DNA of 64,000 nt from Isurus oxyrinchus (GCA_026770705.1 JANJGN010000140.1:124001-188000), one strand, 5' to 3'. Positions 1 through 13,093 are shown, counted from the first letter of the stretch. The notes: a model not told the origin generated them from the letters alone. Translations and numbers: made by a program.

Positions 1-59
1 TGAGGGATGTGTTTTTGAGTTGAATAGTAAAAGTTTACATTATCCACTTCTAGGAAATA

Positions 60-250
60 TATCGCCATTCCTTTACTGTCGCTGAGGCAAAATCCTGGAA
101 CTCCCTCCCTGACAACACTGTGCATTTACCTACACCACAGGGATTGCAGCGATTCAAGAAGTCAGCACACCACCACCTTCTCAAGGGCAATTAGGGATGG
201 GCAATAAACTCTGGCCCAGCCAGGGACGCACACATCCCATTAATTAATAA
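60..250 (+). mobile_element. 3' tail of a CR1-group LINE/SINE
   Basis: 'actgtcgctgaggcaaaatcctggaactccct...caagggcaattagggatgggcaataaa' recurs at 9215-9375 (+), 20270-20340 (+) and 16340-16400 (-). Confidence 0.65.
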
Positions 251-344
251 ATAAAAATCTTTGGGATCTGATCGGTTTTCCAGCTCGGAGCAGAGGTGGA
301 TACAATCCTTTTCCCTGAGAACTTATGGGGTTGGACTAGAAAGT

Positions 345-505
345 TTCTCAAAGTTTACAGCACAGAACAGGCCATTCGGCCCAACTGGTCTGTGTTGGTG
401 TTTAAGCTCCACACCAGGCTCTTCCCATCTTTCTTCATCGAAATCCAAAAGCACAGCCTTCAATTCATTGCTCATTCATCTACTTATCAATTTCCTCCTT
501 GAAGT
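345..505 (-). mobile_element. CR1-type LINE 3' end fragment
   Basis: 'acagcacagaacaggccattcggccc' matches the 3' ends of other CR1 copies (about 22597, 28005, 54170). Confidence 0.55.
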
Positions 506-638
506 CTGCAGGCCCAGAGCCTTTAGCTAGTGGAATTGCCAATCCGGGTAGACCATGAACACACTGAATAGTAAATATTGACCCTTGCACTGGAAGTAGA
601 CACAATGACTCACTTATTGTTTCAATCTCACCGCTCAC

Positions 639-947
639 CTTGTTCCTTGTGGATGGAACTCCTTAAAGGAGTCGGCAGATCCTGATTGCTCACCACGCAG
701 TAGAACTCAGCCCCACTCAGCCAGGCTTGTGTCGAGATGTTTACGTTGCTGACCACGCTGCCGGGATGCTCTCCCGGTTGGACGGCAATCTCTGATTTCA
801 AAGGCTTCTTTTCTTGGGTCCAGGACACGAGTACTGGTTGATGAGCATCAGAAACGATGCAGGTTAAGGTCACCGTCGCTTCCAGCAAGACCTGTTCTAT
901 TGGCGGTGGCAGTAGAGTAATTGTGGCATCTCTGCAGTTGGAACATT
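639..947 (-). CDS. IGHM: IgM heavy chain CH3 exon
   Basis: Acceptor cag at 950-948 and donor G|GTGAGC at 638; 309 nt, phase 1; [30 protein letters not shown]...SWTQE...[16 protein letters not shown]...[14 protein letters not shown] is a C1-set domain closely resembling shark Cmu3. Confidence 0.95.
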
Positions 948-1299
948 CTGTGAGACAGAAATGAAAATCAACCAAAGTTTCACCATGAGAATCAGGACAG
1001 CAGTATTCAGTCTTCACTCTCCAAAGGACATTCGACATATCAATCTCTAACTATCGTCTGTAATCGTCTTTACACAATGCAAAACCAGCTTGGTCTGTGT
1101 AAATTGTTCTCATAATTTCAGTCATTTAGCCCTGGAAACATTCTAGCGAACCCGTGTTGCCCCAGTCCCAATACAAATACACCATTCCCGGGCCCTGGAA
1201 TGCAGTACTGAATGGCGCTTTATGAATAGGGTGGATGCACTTTCCAGCACTTTATTCCGAAGCTATTACCAGTTACTTTAATGGGTTTGTATCTCTTAC

Positions 1300-1587
1300 C
1301 AGACCCGGTGGTGTTTCGACTTAGGGTGACCCCTTGATGAGTGACCTGACAGGTATAGACCGCGCCGGTGAGCAATTCCCCAGCGGAGACTTTCAGCCGA
1401 CTGGTCGCCGAGAAGTTCCCGTTCATTTCAAAGGCGGGAGATGTGACAATTCCTGAACTCATGGGTTGTCCATTCTTCAGCCACTTCACGGTGATTGGCT
1501 TTGGACGGAAATCGATGATTGAACAGACTACGGTTTCTTCCCGGCAACTTACGGTTAGGAGAACAGCTGGAGGGTGGATGTCAGTAC
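1300..1587 (-). CDS. IGHM: IgM heavy chain CH2 exon
   Basis: Acceptor aag at 1590-1588 and donor G|GTAAGA at 1299; 288 nt; [22 protein letters not shown]...NFSATSRL...[10 protein letters not shown] resembles shark Cmu2. Confidence 0.93.
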
Positions 1588-1800
1588 CTTCAAAAAACAC
1601 AGGTTAAACATTTCTTGCAGAAGAAATTGATAACAGATACAATGAGGTCCTATATTTTAACAGGCTTTTTCCGTTAACAGACAATAACCTGGATTTTTCA
1701 GGGATCAAAACTATGCAGAGCACTATAAATGCGTTACAACCAAGGCCCCATACAGGTTAGTCACAGCCTTTCTGTTTCTCAGAGGTTCCCCAACACTTAC

Positions 1801-2097
1801 ATGGCATTTCAATGCTCTTGTCTGAGCCGCTGTGTCGAACCTCACAGTTGATATCGCATCCCCCCTCTGACTCGGTGATGGTTAACTGGCTGCTCAGGGT
1901 GAACGTTCCCTTCTGGTTTCTCACTGACGGGTATGTCTGAAATCCAGTGGTGAACTGCTGCCCATCTTTCTTCCAGATCAGGCTGGTGATTTCTGGGGAG
2001 TAATCCATCGCCAAACAGCCGTAGGTGATGGAGCCGTCGGTGTTGTGTTGCTGACAGGAGGAGACCAGGCTGTAGAGAGTGGGCGAAGACGGTGTCG
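1801..2097 (-). CDS. IGHM: IgM heavy chain CH1 exon
   Basis: Acceptor cag at 2100-2098 and donor T|GTAAGT at 1800; 297 nt; [46 protein letters not shown]...TYPSV...SSQLTITE...CEVRH resembles shark Cmu1. Confidence 0.95.
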
Positions 2098-2465
2098 CTG
2101 GGAAAGAATGGCCGATCGAACACGTTAGACTCAGTGATTTGTGATCATTAAGTAAGCAAACAACTCAAAAATTGACGATTAGTATAAACATATCCAAGTA
2201 TATTCCAACTAAAACCCACACCCACATTTGATCATTTATTATTTCCATCATTTGGTGACCCTCGCCTGTCGGTTCCCTCTTTCTAAACCCACACCTCTTT
2301 TTCTGCTTCTATCCAATTTCTGGAAGGCCCCGCCCCTCTCCACGTCCCCCAAAACAAAGAATATCAACGGCCCTTCGAAAGTACCTTTGTAATAGTACCT
2401 ATATAATGACCACAGAACTCTAAATTGAATACCAGTAACAGTTAGTACGACATTTTCCAATCGTA

Positions 2466-3995
2466 TGTACATGTGAACATGCGGATCAGTAGTAGCCATT
2501 CGGCCTCTGGGGCCTCCTCCACCATTCACTCCGGTCATAGCTGATCTGATTGTGGCGTGAACTCCACATTCCCTCCAACACTCCACTAACCTTTGACTCC
2601 CTTGTCAATGAAGAATCTCTCTACCTCTGCCTTGAAATATTAATGACAAATCCTCCATCGCTCTCCGGGGAAGAGTTCCAAAGTTTCACCACCCTTTGAG
2701 AGAAAAATAAAATCTCCTCATTTCCGTCTGAAACGGGAGACCTCTTATTTTTAATCCGTGTTCCCTATCGTTAGTCTCTCTCACAAGGGGAAACATCCTT
2801 TCAGCATCCACCCTGTCAATTTCCCTCAGGATCTTACATGTTTCAATAAAATCAGCTCTCATTCTTCTAAACTCTAATGGATACAGGCCCAACCTATCCA
2901 AACTTCCCTCATGAGAGATCCGATGACACCTCCCAGTATCATTTGAACGAACATTCTCTGAACAGCTTCTAATGCTTTTATATCCTTTCTTAAAGAAGAC
3001 CAAATATGTACACAGTAATTCAGACAAGGTCTCATCAATGCCCTATTAAACTGTAGCAAAACATCTTTACTTTTATATTCTATTCCCCTTGTAATAAATG
3101 CCAACATTCCCTTTGCCTTCCTCATCACTTGCTGTTCCTGCATTATATCTTTTTGTGATTCATGCACCAAGGGATCCACATTCCTCTGTATCTCAGGGTT
3201 GTGCAATCTCTCTCCCTTTCAATAATATGCTGCTTTTGTATTCCTGCCAAAGTGAACAAGTTTATATTTTGCCACATTATACTCCATCTGTCATTTTTTT
3301 ACCCACTCACTGAACCTATCGATATCCCTTTGCTGACCCTTTATCCCCTTTTCACCAGTTACTTGCCTATCTGTCTTTGTGTCATCAGCAAATTTAGCAA
3401 ATTCATTCAGTCCTTTCATTCAAGTCATTGATATAAATTGTAAATAGTTGAGGCCGCAGCATTGATCCCTGTGGCACTCCACTTGTCACATCTTGCCAAC
3501 CTAAAATAACCAATTTATCCCTGCTCTCTGTTTCCTGTTAGCTAACCAAACATCTACCCATGCCTAAAATATTACTGCTGACACCATTATATTGTGCAGT
3601 AATCTTTGATGTGCCACTTTGTCAAATGCCTTCTGGGAGCCCAAATACAGCACACCCACAGGTTCTCCTTTATTCATGTTCCTTGTTACTTCCTCTAGTG
3701 GCCTCAAATAAGTCAGCCAAACATAATTTCCCTTTCACAAAATCATGACGGGTTTGCATAATTACATTTGAATTTTCTAAGTGACCCGTGATAGATTCCT
3801 TAATAATCGATTCCAGCATTTTTGCTCGGACAGATGTTAAGTTAACTGGCCTGCAGGTTCTTGTTTTCCCTTTCCCTCCTTTATTTAATATAAAAGCCTC
3901 ATTCTCTATTTCCAATCTGATCAGACCTTTCCAGAATCTAGGGAAGTTTGGAAAATTAAAACCAATGCCTCTGCTATTTTAGTAACCACCTCATT
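2466..3995 (-). mobile_element. CR1-type LINE, 5'-truncated, degenerate RT ORF2
   Basis: Fragments RPVNLTSV, GMLAFITRGIEYKSKDVLLQ, LDRLGLYPLEFRRMRADFIE with stops and frameshifts. Confidence 0.9.
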
Positions 3996-4499
3996 AAGGC
4001 CAAAATATTTGTCCAGCTTCTCTGCCCATTTCCTTATTTGCCATTTTTACGGGCTTTTCCAATCCATGTCACGTGGCTGGACTGTGGCCCCCCCCGAAGC
4101 CCCTCTATATGGCCCCCGGAGCCGTTGTTCAAAATGCTGGTAAGGCGGGTAAGTGGAATTGAAGATTTCAGTGAGGAGCTGCTCCTCCATTCACAGGCTG
4201 GTCTTCTACCCCGTTAGCTGCTGATAGGCTGAATAGCAGATCAGCAGTAAAAGTGGGAGACAAACAGGTTTGTGATTGGAGAGGCAGCGAACACCCGCTG
4301 GAGAAAGGCGGAGGGAAATGGGGGGAAGCGCACAGAGACATTATCTCCCTTCTATCCCAGGCACTGAGTGCCTTTCCCTTGGAATGGAAAGGATTTCAGG
4401 AGGGTGAGAGACAATGAAGGAGAGAGGGAGAGAGAGAGAGTGGGGCCCAGGGCATCTGGAGCCTCTGCTCGCAACTGCTTCCGCCTGGCTCTCCCCGCT

Positions 4500-6085
4500 A
4501 TAAACCGGCTCTCAGCCCTTTCCCCCCCTCTGCCTCTCCGCTCTCCCACTTCCCTGCCCTTTCCCCCACCCACCTCTCTGCCCATTCCCCCTCCCGCCTC
4601 TGTGCCCTTTCCCCCTCCCACCTCTCTGCCCATTCCCTCCCCGCCCCTCTGCCCTTTCCCCTCTCTGCCTCTCCGCTCTCCCACTTCCCTGCCCTTTCCC
4701 CCACCCACCTCTCTGCCCATTCCCCCTCCCGCCTCCCTGTCCTTTCCCCCTCCCGCCTCTCTGTCATTCCCCCTCCCACCTCTCTGCCCTTTCCCCCTCC
4801 CACCTCTCTGCACACCCCACCCCCTGCTTCTCTGCATTGCCGCTTTGCCCTTCCCCACCCACCGCTCTGCCCTTCACTCCCACCTCTCTTCCCTTTCCCT
4901 CCTGCCTCTCTACCCTTTTCCCCCCTTGCATCTGTGCCCTTTCCCCCCTCCTCTCTGCCCTTCCCCCCACCACCTCTCTGCCCGTTCCCACTCCCGCCTC
5001 TTTGCCCTTTACACCCGCCGCCTCTCTGCTCTTTCCCCCTCCTGCCTCTCTGCCCTTACCTCCCGCCTCTCTGCCCTTTATCCGTCACCTCTCTGCCCTT
5101 TCTCCCTCAGCTCTCTACGCGCACTCCACTGCTCTTTGTGCTTTCTTCTGGCTCTCTGACCTTTTCCACTGGTTCTTTGCCCGTTCTCCCAGCTTGCTGC
5201 CCTTTCCATCCTCTGCCTCTCTGCCCTTTCTTGCCCCCCCCCCCGCCTCTCTGCCCTTTCTCCCCTCTGTCTCTCTGCTCTCCCGCCTCCCTGCCCTTTC
5301 CCCCACTCACCTCTGTGCTCTTTCTCCCTCCTGCCTCTCTGCCCTTACCCCCTCGCCTCTCTGGCCTTTTCCAAGCTCACTGCCCTTTCCATTGACTCTC
5401 TGCCCTTTCCGTCACCTCTCTGCCCTTCCCCCCTCTGCCTCTCTGCCCTTCCCCCTCTGTCTCTTTGCCCACCCTCCTATCTGTCCTCCCCACCTCTGCC
5501 TCTCTGCCCTGCCTCCTCTCTGCCCTTTCCCCTTCCCACCTCTCTGCCCTTTCCCCCACCCACCTCTCTGCCCTTTCCCCCTACTGCCTTACTGCCCTCC
5601 CTCCTCTCTGTCTTTCCCCCACCCACCTTCCTGCCCTTTCCCCCACTGCCTCTCTGCCATTTCGCCTCGTCACTCTGCCCGCGCCACCCCCCGTTTCTCT
5701 GCCCTGTCACCCCTCCACCTCTCTGCCCTCCCGCCTCTCTGCCCTTACCCCCTCCCACTTCTCTGCTCTTCCCCCCAACTTCTCTGCCTTTTCTCGTCCA
5801 GCTCTCTGCACTTAATGCAGGATTCTCTGTGCTTTCATCTGGCTCTCTGACCTTTCCCACTTGCTCTCTGCCCATTCCCTGGATTGCTGACCTTTCCCCC
5901 TGCTCACTGACCTTTGCCCCATCCCAATGCACTTTCCGCTGGATCCCTGCCCTTTTCCACCCCCCGGCTCTCTACCCTTCCCCCCCAACAGCCCCTCCCC
6001 TGGCTCTGTGCCATTTCCCTCGCCTCCCTGCCCTTTCCCCCAGGCTCTCCGAGCATTCCCCCCGCCTCCCTGCCCTTTCTAATAA
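4500..6085. repeat. Degenerate ~22-23 bp pyrimidine-rich tandem repeat, (CCTCTCTGCCCTTTCCCCCTCCC)n; G-rich on the IgM sense strand
   Basis: Dozens of 'cctctctgccctttcccc' units visible; source of the spurious Pro/Leu- and Gly/Arg-rich ORFs. Confidence 0.9.
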
Positions 6086-6199
6086 AGCTCATCGCTCCCT
6101 TCAGCCATGCTCCACTTTCTGGCACTGCTAGGCCTCAGGCCTCGCTTCCAGGTCTCTCTTCCCCACAGTTCCCACTTTCCCACACATCGATTTATGAAA

Positions 6200-6505
6200 A
6201 GTGATCGAGTGAGTGAGCGTGTGCATGATTGACAAAGTGAGAGTGGCTGAGTGACAGAGTGAGGGCAGGTGGCTGGGTGAGTGAGGGTGCGTAGGTGAGT
6301 GAGGGTGGGTGATGAATGAGCGTGGGTGAGGGTGTGAGATTGAGTACCTGTGAGTGAGGGTTGGCGAGTGAGGGTGATTGAGTGAGTGTGAGTGAGGGTG
6401 AGTGAGGGTGAGTGAGGGTGAGTGAGTGAGATTGAGTGAGGGTGAGCGATTGTGGGTAGTGAGGGTGAGTGAGTGAGTGAGGGTGAGTGATTTTGTGTAG
6501 TGAGG
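6200..6505. repeat. (GTGA/GAGG)n low-complexity repeat
   Basis: Repeated 'gtgagtgagg'. Confidence 0.85.
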
Positions 6506-7053
6506 GTGCCCAGGTGCTGCAGGCTCATCAAGGCGATGTTTCTCTGGATGATTTTCTGCTCCGGCTCTGCTTTCCGTTGCCAGTTGTCCACAGCCGAGCT
6601 GGGGGCTCCACCACCTCCACCTCCTCCTCTTCCTCTCCATAGATCCTGTCCTGATTCTCCATATTGATCAGCTTTCAGTAACACCGGCTGTGTAAAGTCT
6701 GGCAGCAGTGTAGATCGCTGGCCAACTGCTTTAATGCTGATGCCTTTCTTTGAGAAACCCGTGTCAGTGCGTGAATAGGCAGACTGAGGGGGCTGGAGGG
6801 GAAGGTTACAGCAAAACCAGGATGGGCCGTGCAGGCATCTTGCACCAAGTGTGCACCAGTGTTGGGGATCCAGGTGGCTGTGGTCCCCGCCACCCTCCCT
6901 TTTTCTTGTTTCTTTGTGTTTGGTTCAACACTTGGAAATTCTCCACATATATAGTGATGTCACCTGTGTAATTTCATTTTACACAAAAAGGCATCGGAAA
7001 TGGAACAATGAACATGCCTGCAGCTTAACGGATCTTCTTTCTGAAATTAGCAT

Positions 7054-7199
7054 NNNNNNNNNNNNNNNNNNNNNNNNNNNNNNNNNNNNNNNNNNNNNNN
7101 NNNNNNNNNNNNNNNNNNNNNNNNNNNNNNNNNNNNNNNNNNNNNNNNNNNNNNNNNNNNNNNNNNNNNNNNNNNNNNNNNNNNNNNNNNNNNNNNNNN
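7054..7199. other. Assembly gap in the J-C intron
   Basis: Run of N. Confidence 1.
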
Positions 7200-8010
7200 T
7201 GAGAGAGGGAAGTGTCATAGGGAGTATAAGCGTGAGAGTGTCTGAGGGAGAGAGCATGTGTGAGAGAGAGAGTGAATGTGTTTGTGTGTGTGTGAGAGAG
7301 AGAGTGTAGGGGTGTGAGTGATATGTAGTATAAGTGTGTGAGAGAGTGTGTGTGTGCAAGAGAAAGAGTGTGTGAAAGAGAGAGCCAGTGTGTGTGTCAG
7401 AGAGAGAGTGTATGTGTGCATGAGAGAGAGAGAGAGAATGAGAGTGAGTATGTGTGTGAGAGGAACAGTGTGTGTGTTTGTGTGTGTTTGTGTGAGGGAA
7501 TGTGTTTGTGTTTCTGTGTGCGTCAGAGAGAGAGAGAATGAGGATGTGTGTGTGTGTGTGTGAGAGTGTTATGTGTCTGTGTGTGAGAGAGCGGGAGAAC
7601 TGAGAGTGTATATGTGTGTGTGGGAGAGAGGGTGCATGTATGTGAGATGGAGAGTGGCTGTGTGTAAAAGAGAGTGTGTGTGTGTGTGTGAGAGAGAGAG
7701 AATGCATGTGTGAGAGTGCATGTGTGAGAAAGAAAGAGTGCATGTATGTGTGTGGGAGAAAGTGTGCACGTGTGTGCGCAGTTGAGAGAGTATGTGTATG
7801 AGAGAATGTGAGCGTCTGTGTGAGAATCTGTGTGAAATAGAGAGGCAATGTGTGAGGGACAGAGTGTGTGCGTGTTAAAGGGAGTTTGTGTGTGAGAGAG
7901 TGAATGTGAGTGTGTGTGTGTGTGTGTGACAGAGAGAGAAAGGGAGAGTGTGTGTGCATGTGTATGAGAGAGAGCCTGTGTGACAGAGAGAGTGAGCTAG
8001 TGAGGGTGTG
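7200..8010. repeat. Mixed (GT)n/(GA)n microsatellite tract
   Basis: Direct inspection. Confidence 0.9.
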
Positions 8011-8839
8011 TGGTAATGAAACTGAGCGTATCGAGATAGATCAGCCCATGATCTTGCTGAATGACGGGCAGGACCGAAGGGCCGAATGTCCTCCTCATGC
8101 TCTCATTTCTGTAATTCATTCCTCTCCCTGCAGGCGGCAATCCAGTGGCTCAGTTTTTGATGATGGCTCCTTTTCCCCAAATCCCCCGTGGCTGGTTATT
8201 TGGAGCGGGAGTCTGGTCATTGTCCATTCCAACTGTTCAAATATCTCGCAGCCTCTGATCCAATCAGAACTGGCGCTGCTCTCTGGAGCCTCACTGTCAC
8301 TCCCTGATCCTGTTTGTTCTGAAATTGTGCTCAAGTTCAGCTCACTCACGTTCAATGATTTTCTGATACTCAAAATGCTTAAACATAATTAATTTATTAA
8401 AATTTATGCATGTTCTCTCCAGAAATATTGTTAAAAATAACGTGTGTTATTTCAACTGAGCAATGGAGCAACTTATTTTCACAGATCCGGCTCGAAAAAC
8501 CATGGCCAGTTAGTTCGATGCTGATTCAGTTTGTCTGACCTCTGCAGGGAGAAGACTCCCAGGTCAGGAACAGGACAAGTTAAGATATGGATTAAATTCC
8601 CCACTCCTCCCCCAGTACACTCCTGTCACCAGCTGCAAGGGTGGGATTCAACAGAAAGCCAACTCTCCACTGAATTGTCAAACACTCCGGGGCATGTACA
8701 GCACTGGTTTGACATAAAATAAAACTCTCTCTACATTGTTCCATCAAATATGCCCAGGAGATGGTTCAATCCGATTTTGATATCAGTGCTGTGCTGCAGG
8801 AGCCGGTCAGAGGCTGGGAATTCTGTGGCGAGTAATTCA

Positions 8840-9375
8840 ACTCTTATTGCCCAAAGAAAACTGACCATCTACAAGGCTCAAGTCAGGACTGGGATTGAAT
8901 AGTTTCCGCTTGCCTCAATGTGTGAAACTTCAAAAAAAACCCCAAGAAACTCGAAACTATCCAGGACAAAGCAGCCCACAGAATTGGTACCCAATCCACT
9001 ACCTTAAACATTCCCTCCCTCCCCCACCAACGCACAGTGACTGCAGTGTGTACCATATACAAGATGCACTGCAGCAACTCGCCAAGGCTCCTTCAAAACC
9101 CGCAACCTCTCTCAACTAGAAGGACAAGGGCAGCATGTGCTTGAAACACCGCCAGCTGTATGTTCCCCTCCAAGACACTGAACATCCTGACTTGGAACTA
9201 TATCACTGTTCCTTCACTGTCAATGGGTCAAAATCCTGGAACTCCCGACCTGACAGAACTGTGAGTGAACCTGCAGCTATTCAAGGAGGTGGCATTTCAA
9301 CACTTCCAAGGATGGGCAATTAGGATGGGCAACAAATGCTGGCCTCGCCAGCGACCCTAACATCCTATGATAGGA
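8840..9375 (+). mobile_element. CR1-group LINE 3' portion
   Basis: 'accatctacaaggctcaagtcagg' (TIYKAQVR) followed by the family 3' tail; same family as 21300-23790 (-). Confidence 0.75.
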
Positions 9376-12300
9376 TTAAAAATAAGATTTCTTCCTCAAC
9401 CTTGTCCAACCAAATAGGTCAAGGACTGTTACAGCACGGATTAAAATAGGATAAAACTCTCTCTGTATTGCCTAACTGAACACTCCCAAAACAGAAACAT
9501 CACTGGCTTGAAATCAACCAAATCTCCTTCGACAGTCTGTCTGCCATTTCTGAATTGTCCTTTCTGACTGTCACAATGGGTTGGGCATCTCATTTCTGAG
9601 GCACCTGGTCAAAAAGTCAAACTTTCACATCTCTCACAAATACAAGATTTGTGAAGAAATAAATCGAACTGCACTTCCTGAAATATAGGAGAGTGAACCA
9701 GAAGGTTAACAACCAGTCAGGAAGATTCCTGGTCCCAGCACAGTGACCACGCACACAGAAACAGAACAGACACAAATGGTGCAACATTAGAGTTCCCAGC
9801 AGATAGATCTGTTCAATCTGTCCATTTCACTCAAGCTGTTTGATTCTAATTGATCAATGGTCAATTTGTTACAATTATTCTATAACTTCTTTGAAATTAA
9901 ACTGATTTTCATTTCAAAACTCCCTTTGAATTCCATTTAATTCTCCGTCTGACTCAAATCTCCAAACAATGTACGATTAAGTTACCCTGAAAATGAGCAC
10001 AGCAAATACTACAGATTCAAGATATTTGGTTGTCCGTAATAAAGACTCAATGACAGAGTAAGAATTAAACAAATCAGGAAACATTCACATTGAAAACTGA
10101 TTACCTACTGATTTCATTTGATTTTAGCTATAAATATATCCAATCAAAACATCAACACATTATCGAGCTGAGCACAGCTGAATAAGAAAAGTATTCTTTT
10201 CTGAATTCATTTTGGATACAATTCAAAATTCTCTCCACCCTTTGAGATTTTGCATTCACTATAATGTCCAATATACTATTTAATTGTTGGACTTCATATA
10301 TGTTGAATTAATTATCACTAATATTATATTGTAAGTTAATTATCTTGTTATTGTCAATTCATTTTCTTGTTAGCTGATTTCTACTTTATAATAAAAATAA
10401 TTTTCAATGATTGAAAATTTGTTTCTCCTTGGTACTTTGTGAAATAATTGAGGTTTATTTAAATCAACCTGACACTGAAACAATGTTAAACAATATACTT
10501 CAAATTACTAGATGGTAACATTCAGGGAAGTATATCAATTTTACTTAAATCTGATCAATATTTACTATTTTATTTTTACTTCTCATGCTCTGTTTTAACA
10601 GACAAAATGATAAACTATGCGTTTCTGAACAAATTGAGAAATCATAAATTCCATCTATTCTCATCAAGCAATTCACATGACGAATTTATGAGTTGAATAT
10701 TTGAAACACTTTCAACTCTGACCGGGGTCACATCGCATTAACTGTCGATGAGGTGTAATATCACCTGTTTGCTGAATTAAACTTGTCTTAACTCCAAGCT
10801 ATATGTAAACAAATCTTCCTGGCAGTTACTTATTATCAATAAAATTGCTTCCTAGATAACAATCCCTACAATTTATTGTTAATTATATTGTTCACTGAAA
10901 GAAGATCCAAATTGATCAGTATAAAACTTGATGAGAACAATTCATTCAGATCATCTGCACCACTAAAATATAACATGCAGATTGATTCCAGATTTTGTCC
11001 TTCAATTTAATATTTAATAAGAATTAAGCATGAATCTCAGATATAATCTGTTCTTCTCCTATAATTCTATTCTGTGTACAGCACAGCAATGGGAGACAGG
11101 ATGTTGTTGTTAAGTACAAAACTAATACTAATGTTTGCAATTAAATTAATCTGTTCGAATTTCAAGCTTTTACTTGTCAATCTCTATTTATCTGCTGTCT
11201 GCACCTTCTTACAGTTTAAAAAAATGCAAGAACAATTCCTTTACTGCCAGCGAATTATACCCCCTATTAAACTGTTTAAAATTAGATTAGTGACAATTAT
11301 CTCGCTATTCAAATCCCAATGACATTGAAGGAATAATGTGGTTACGGCTGCACAGAAAGAATGTGATAACCGAAAAGACATATTGCCAAACTGCAATAAC
11401 AAACTCATCTAAGTCAAGGCAAATGTTATCAGGGACATAAAAAAGTAAATCAAAATCTCGTCTGAAACTGAACACTTCTGTAGAATCAGTATGTTCTTAC
11501 TGAGATTTTTTCATGCATAATCACAAAATGTTTCCAGCCTAAAAACTTTCCCGATCATGTTAATTGTGCGCAGAGCACAGCAGAATTGTGAAAGCCGATT
11601 AATGATCAATTAGGTTAATATGAAAGCTGCTCCATCAATATGGAGAAATATTAACACATTATAATCGTTTGAATTGTATTAACTTTACTGTACAATTTGA
11701 AAACTTGGCAATTGTATAGTTTCTAAATGCAGTAACGAATTATGTTCTGAATGAGCGTCATAATCCATGGTTTAGTTTATTCTGCAATTACACTTAAAAT
11801 AAAGACAAAATGTGCTAACACATCTGTAAATGCTTTTTTTGCCCATTTCTGAAACCTGTCTGTATTCTGCCTACAATCGCGCTTCATGCAGATACAAACG
11901 CGTAGGCTGCTTCGATTCAATCGCAAAACGTGTAACCGCTCAATGTGACCGAGTTTAAACAAAGCAGAACCGCCAAACCGTTTCATAAATTCAACTAATT
12001 CAAAGTCACCCAGACACACAACCTCCTCAGCAGAAAAACACCAAATCACATCACTGAGGGGCTGAAACCCGTTTCATGAAGAAGCAGTTCAATTCTACAA
12101 ACACTTCCAACAGAATTCATTGCAACATTGCAAGAAAATCTCAATGTCGAATCCAGGCAATCCGCTCGTCAGCAAATGTATGAATTATTAAACTAAACAG
12201 AAATATGGAATAATGTCAACAGCATTGTGAGTAGGCGGAACATATTCAATGAATTTATATTGAAATTTAAGCACATTTTGTTAATATTGGGTTTGATTTC

Positions 12301-12676
12301 AAACTTGTTTAAACCCTTGTGCAATAGATGGTAAAACCCTCAGCCATTAGATGTTACCGAGATTAAACATTGCAGAAACGTCAAACTGTTTTAACAAACG
12401 TTAGATATTTCAAGTAGCCCGACCACACATTATCCTCAGCAGATAAACACCAAATCACAACAACCAGGGACCGAATCCCTCAGCAGCGCTATTTATCAAG
12501 ACACAGCGGAATCATATAATTCAATTTAAGCAGAATCACATGAAATATTGTAAAAAAATTCTGCACACAGAATCCACCAAACCCAGGTTTCATTAGATGA
12601 ATTAATTATTAAAATAGACAAAAAACAAAGCAAAGACTCAAATAAAACAGTTACTAAATAAATGTGTAGTACTTAC

Positions 12677-12724
12677 CGGCAGTCACCGTCATCATGGTCC
12701 CTTGGCCCCAGTAGCCCATAGCGT
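12677..12724 (-). CDS. IGHJ: IgH JH segment
   Basis: AMGYWGQGTMMTVTA with WGxG motif; donor G|GTAAGT at 12676. Confidence 0.95.
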
Positions 12725-12763
12725 CACAGTGTTACATTCCCTGGGCTGTGCCATACAATAACT
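12725..12763 (-). promoter_or_regulatory. JH 23-RSS
   Basis: CACAGTG (12725-12731), 23 nt spacer, ACAATAACT (12755-12763), read on +. Confidence 0.93.
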
Positions 12764-13093
12764 GTCCCTGCAGCAAAAAGACAGAAATCCACCATTATTT
12801 TAAATAATCATAAGTCAGAGGCAAAGCGAGGTCACGATGAATCTTCACGAAATTATATTTGCGTTTGTAGATATCTTTAGCTATTCATCAATGATCCTCA
12901 TCTTTTATAATTCACAGAATAACACATGAACATGTTATTGAGTTCACCAACTGATGAATGGGTAATTATCACAGCTTTTCCATCTTAAACCATGTTTTTG
13001 TGGGCATTGCTGGACAGAAATAATACTTCACTGTACATATAGTTGGATTGTAAAAGCGAGCACTGACCCAGGCAGACTCAATTAGTGCTGAGG

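Noticed and set aside
4352-7959. Long Pro/Leu-, Gly/Arg- and His/Thr-rich ORFs
   Set aside because: Translations of low-complexity repeats, open in many frames
9705-9775. Orphan J-like segment (CACTGTG then LGPGIFLTG on the minus strand)
   Set aside because: No nonamer at 12 or 23 spacing, no F/W before GxG, and no good splice donor
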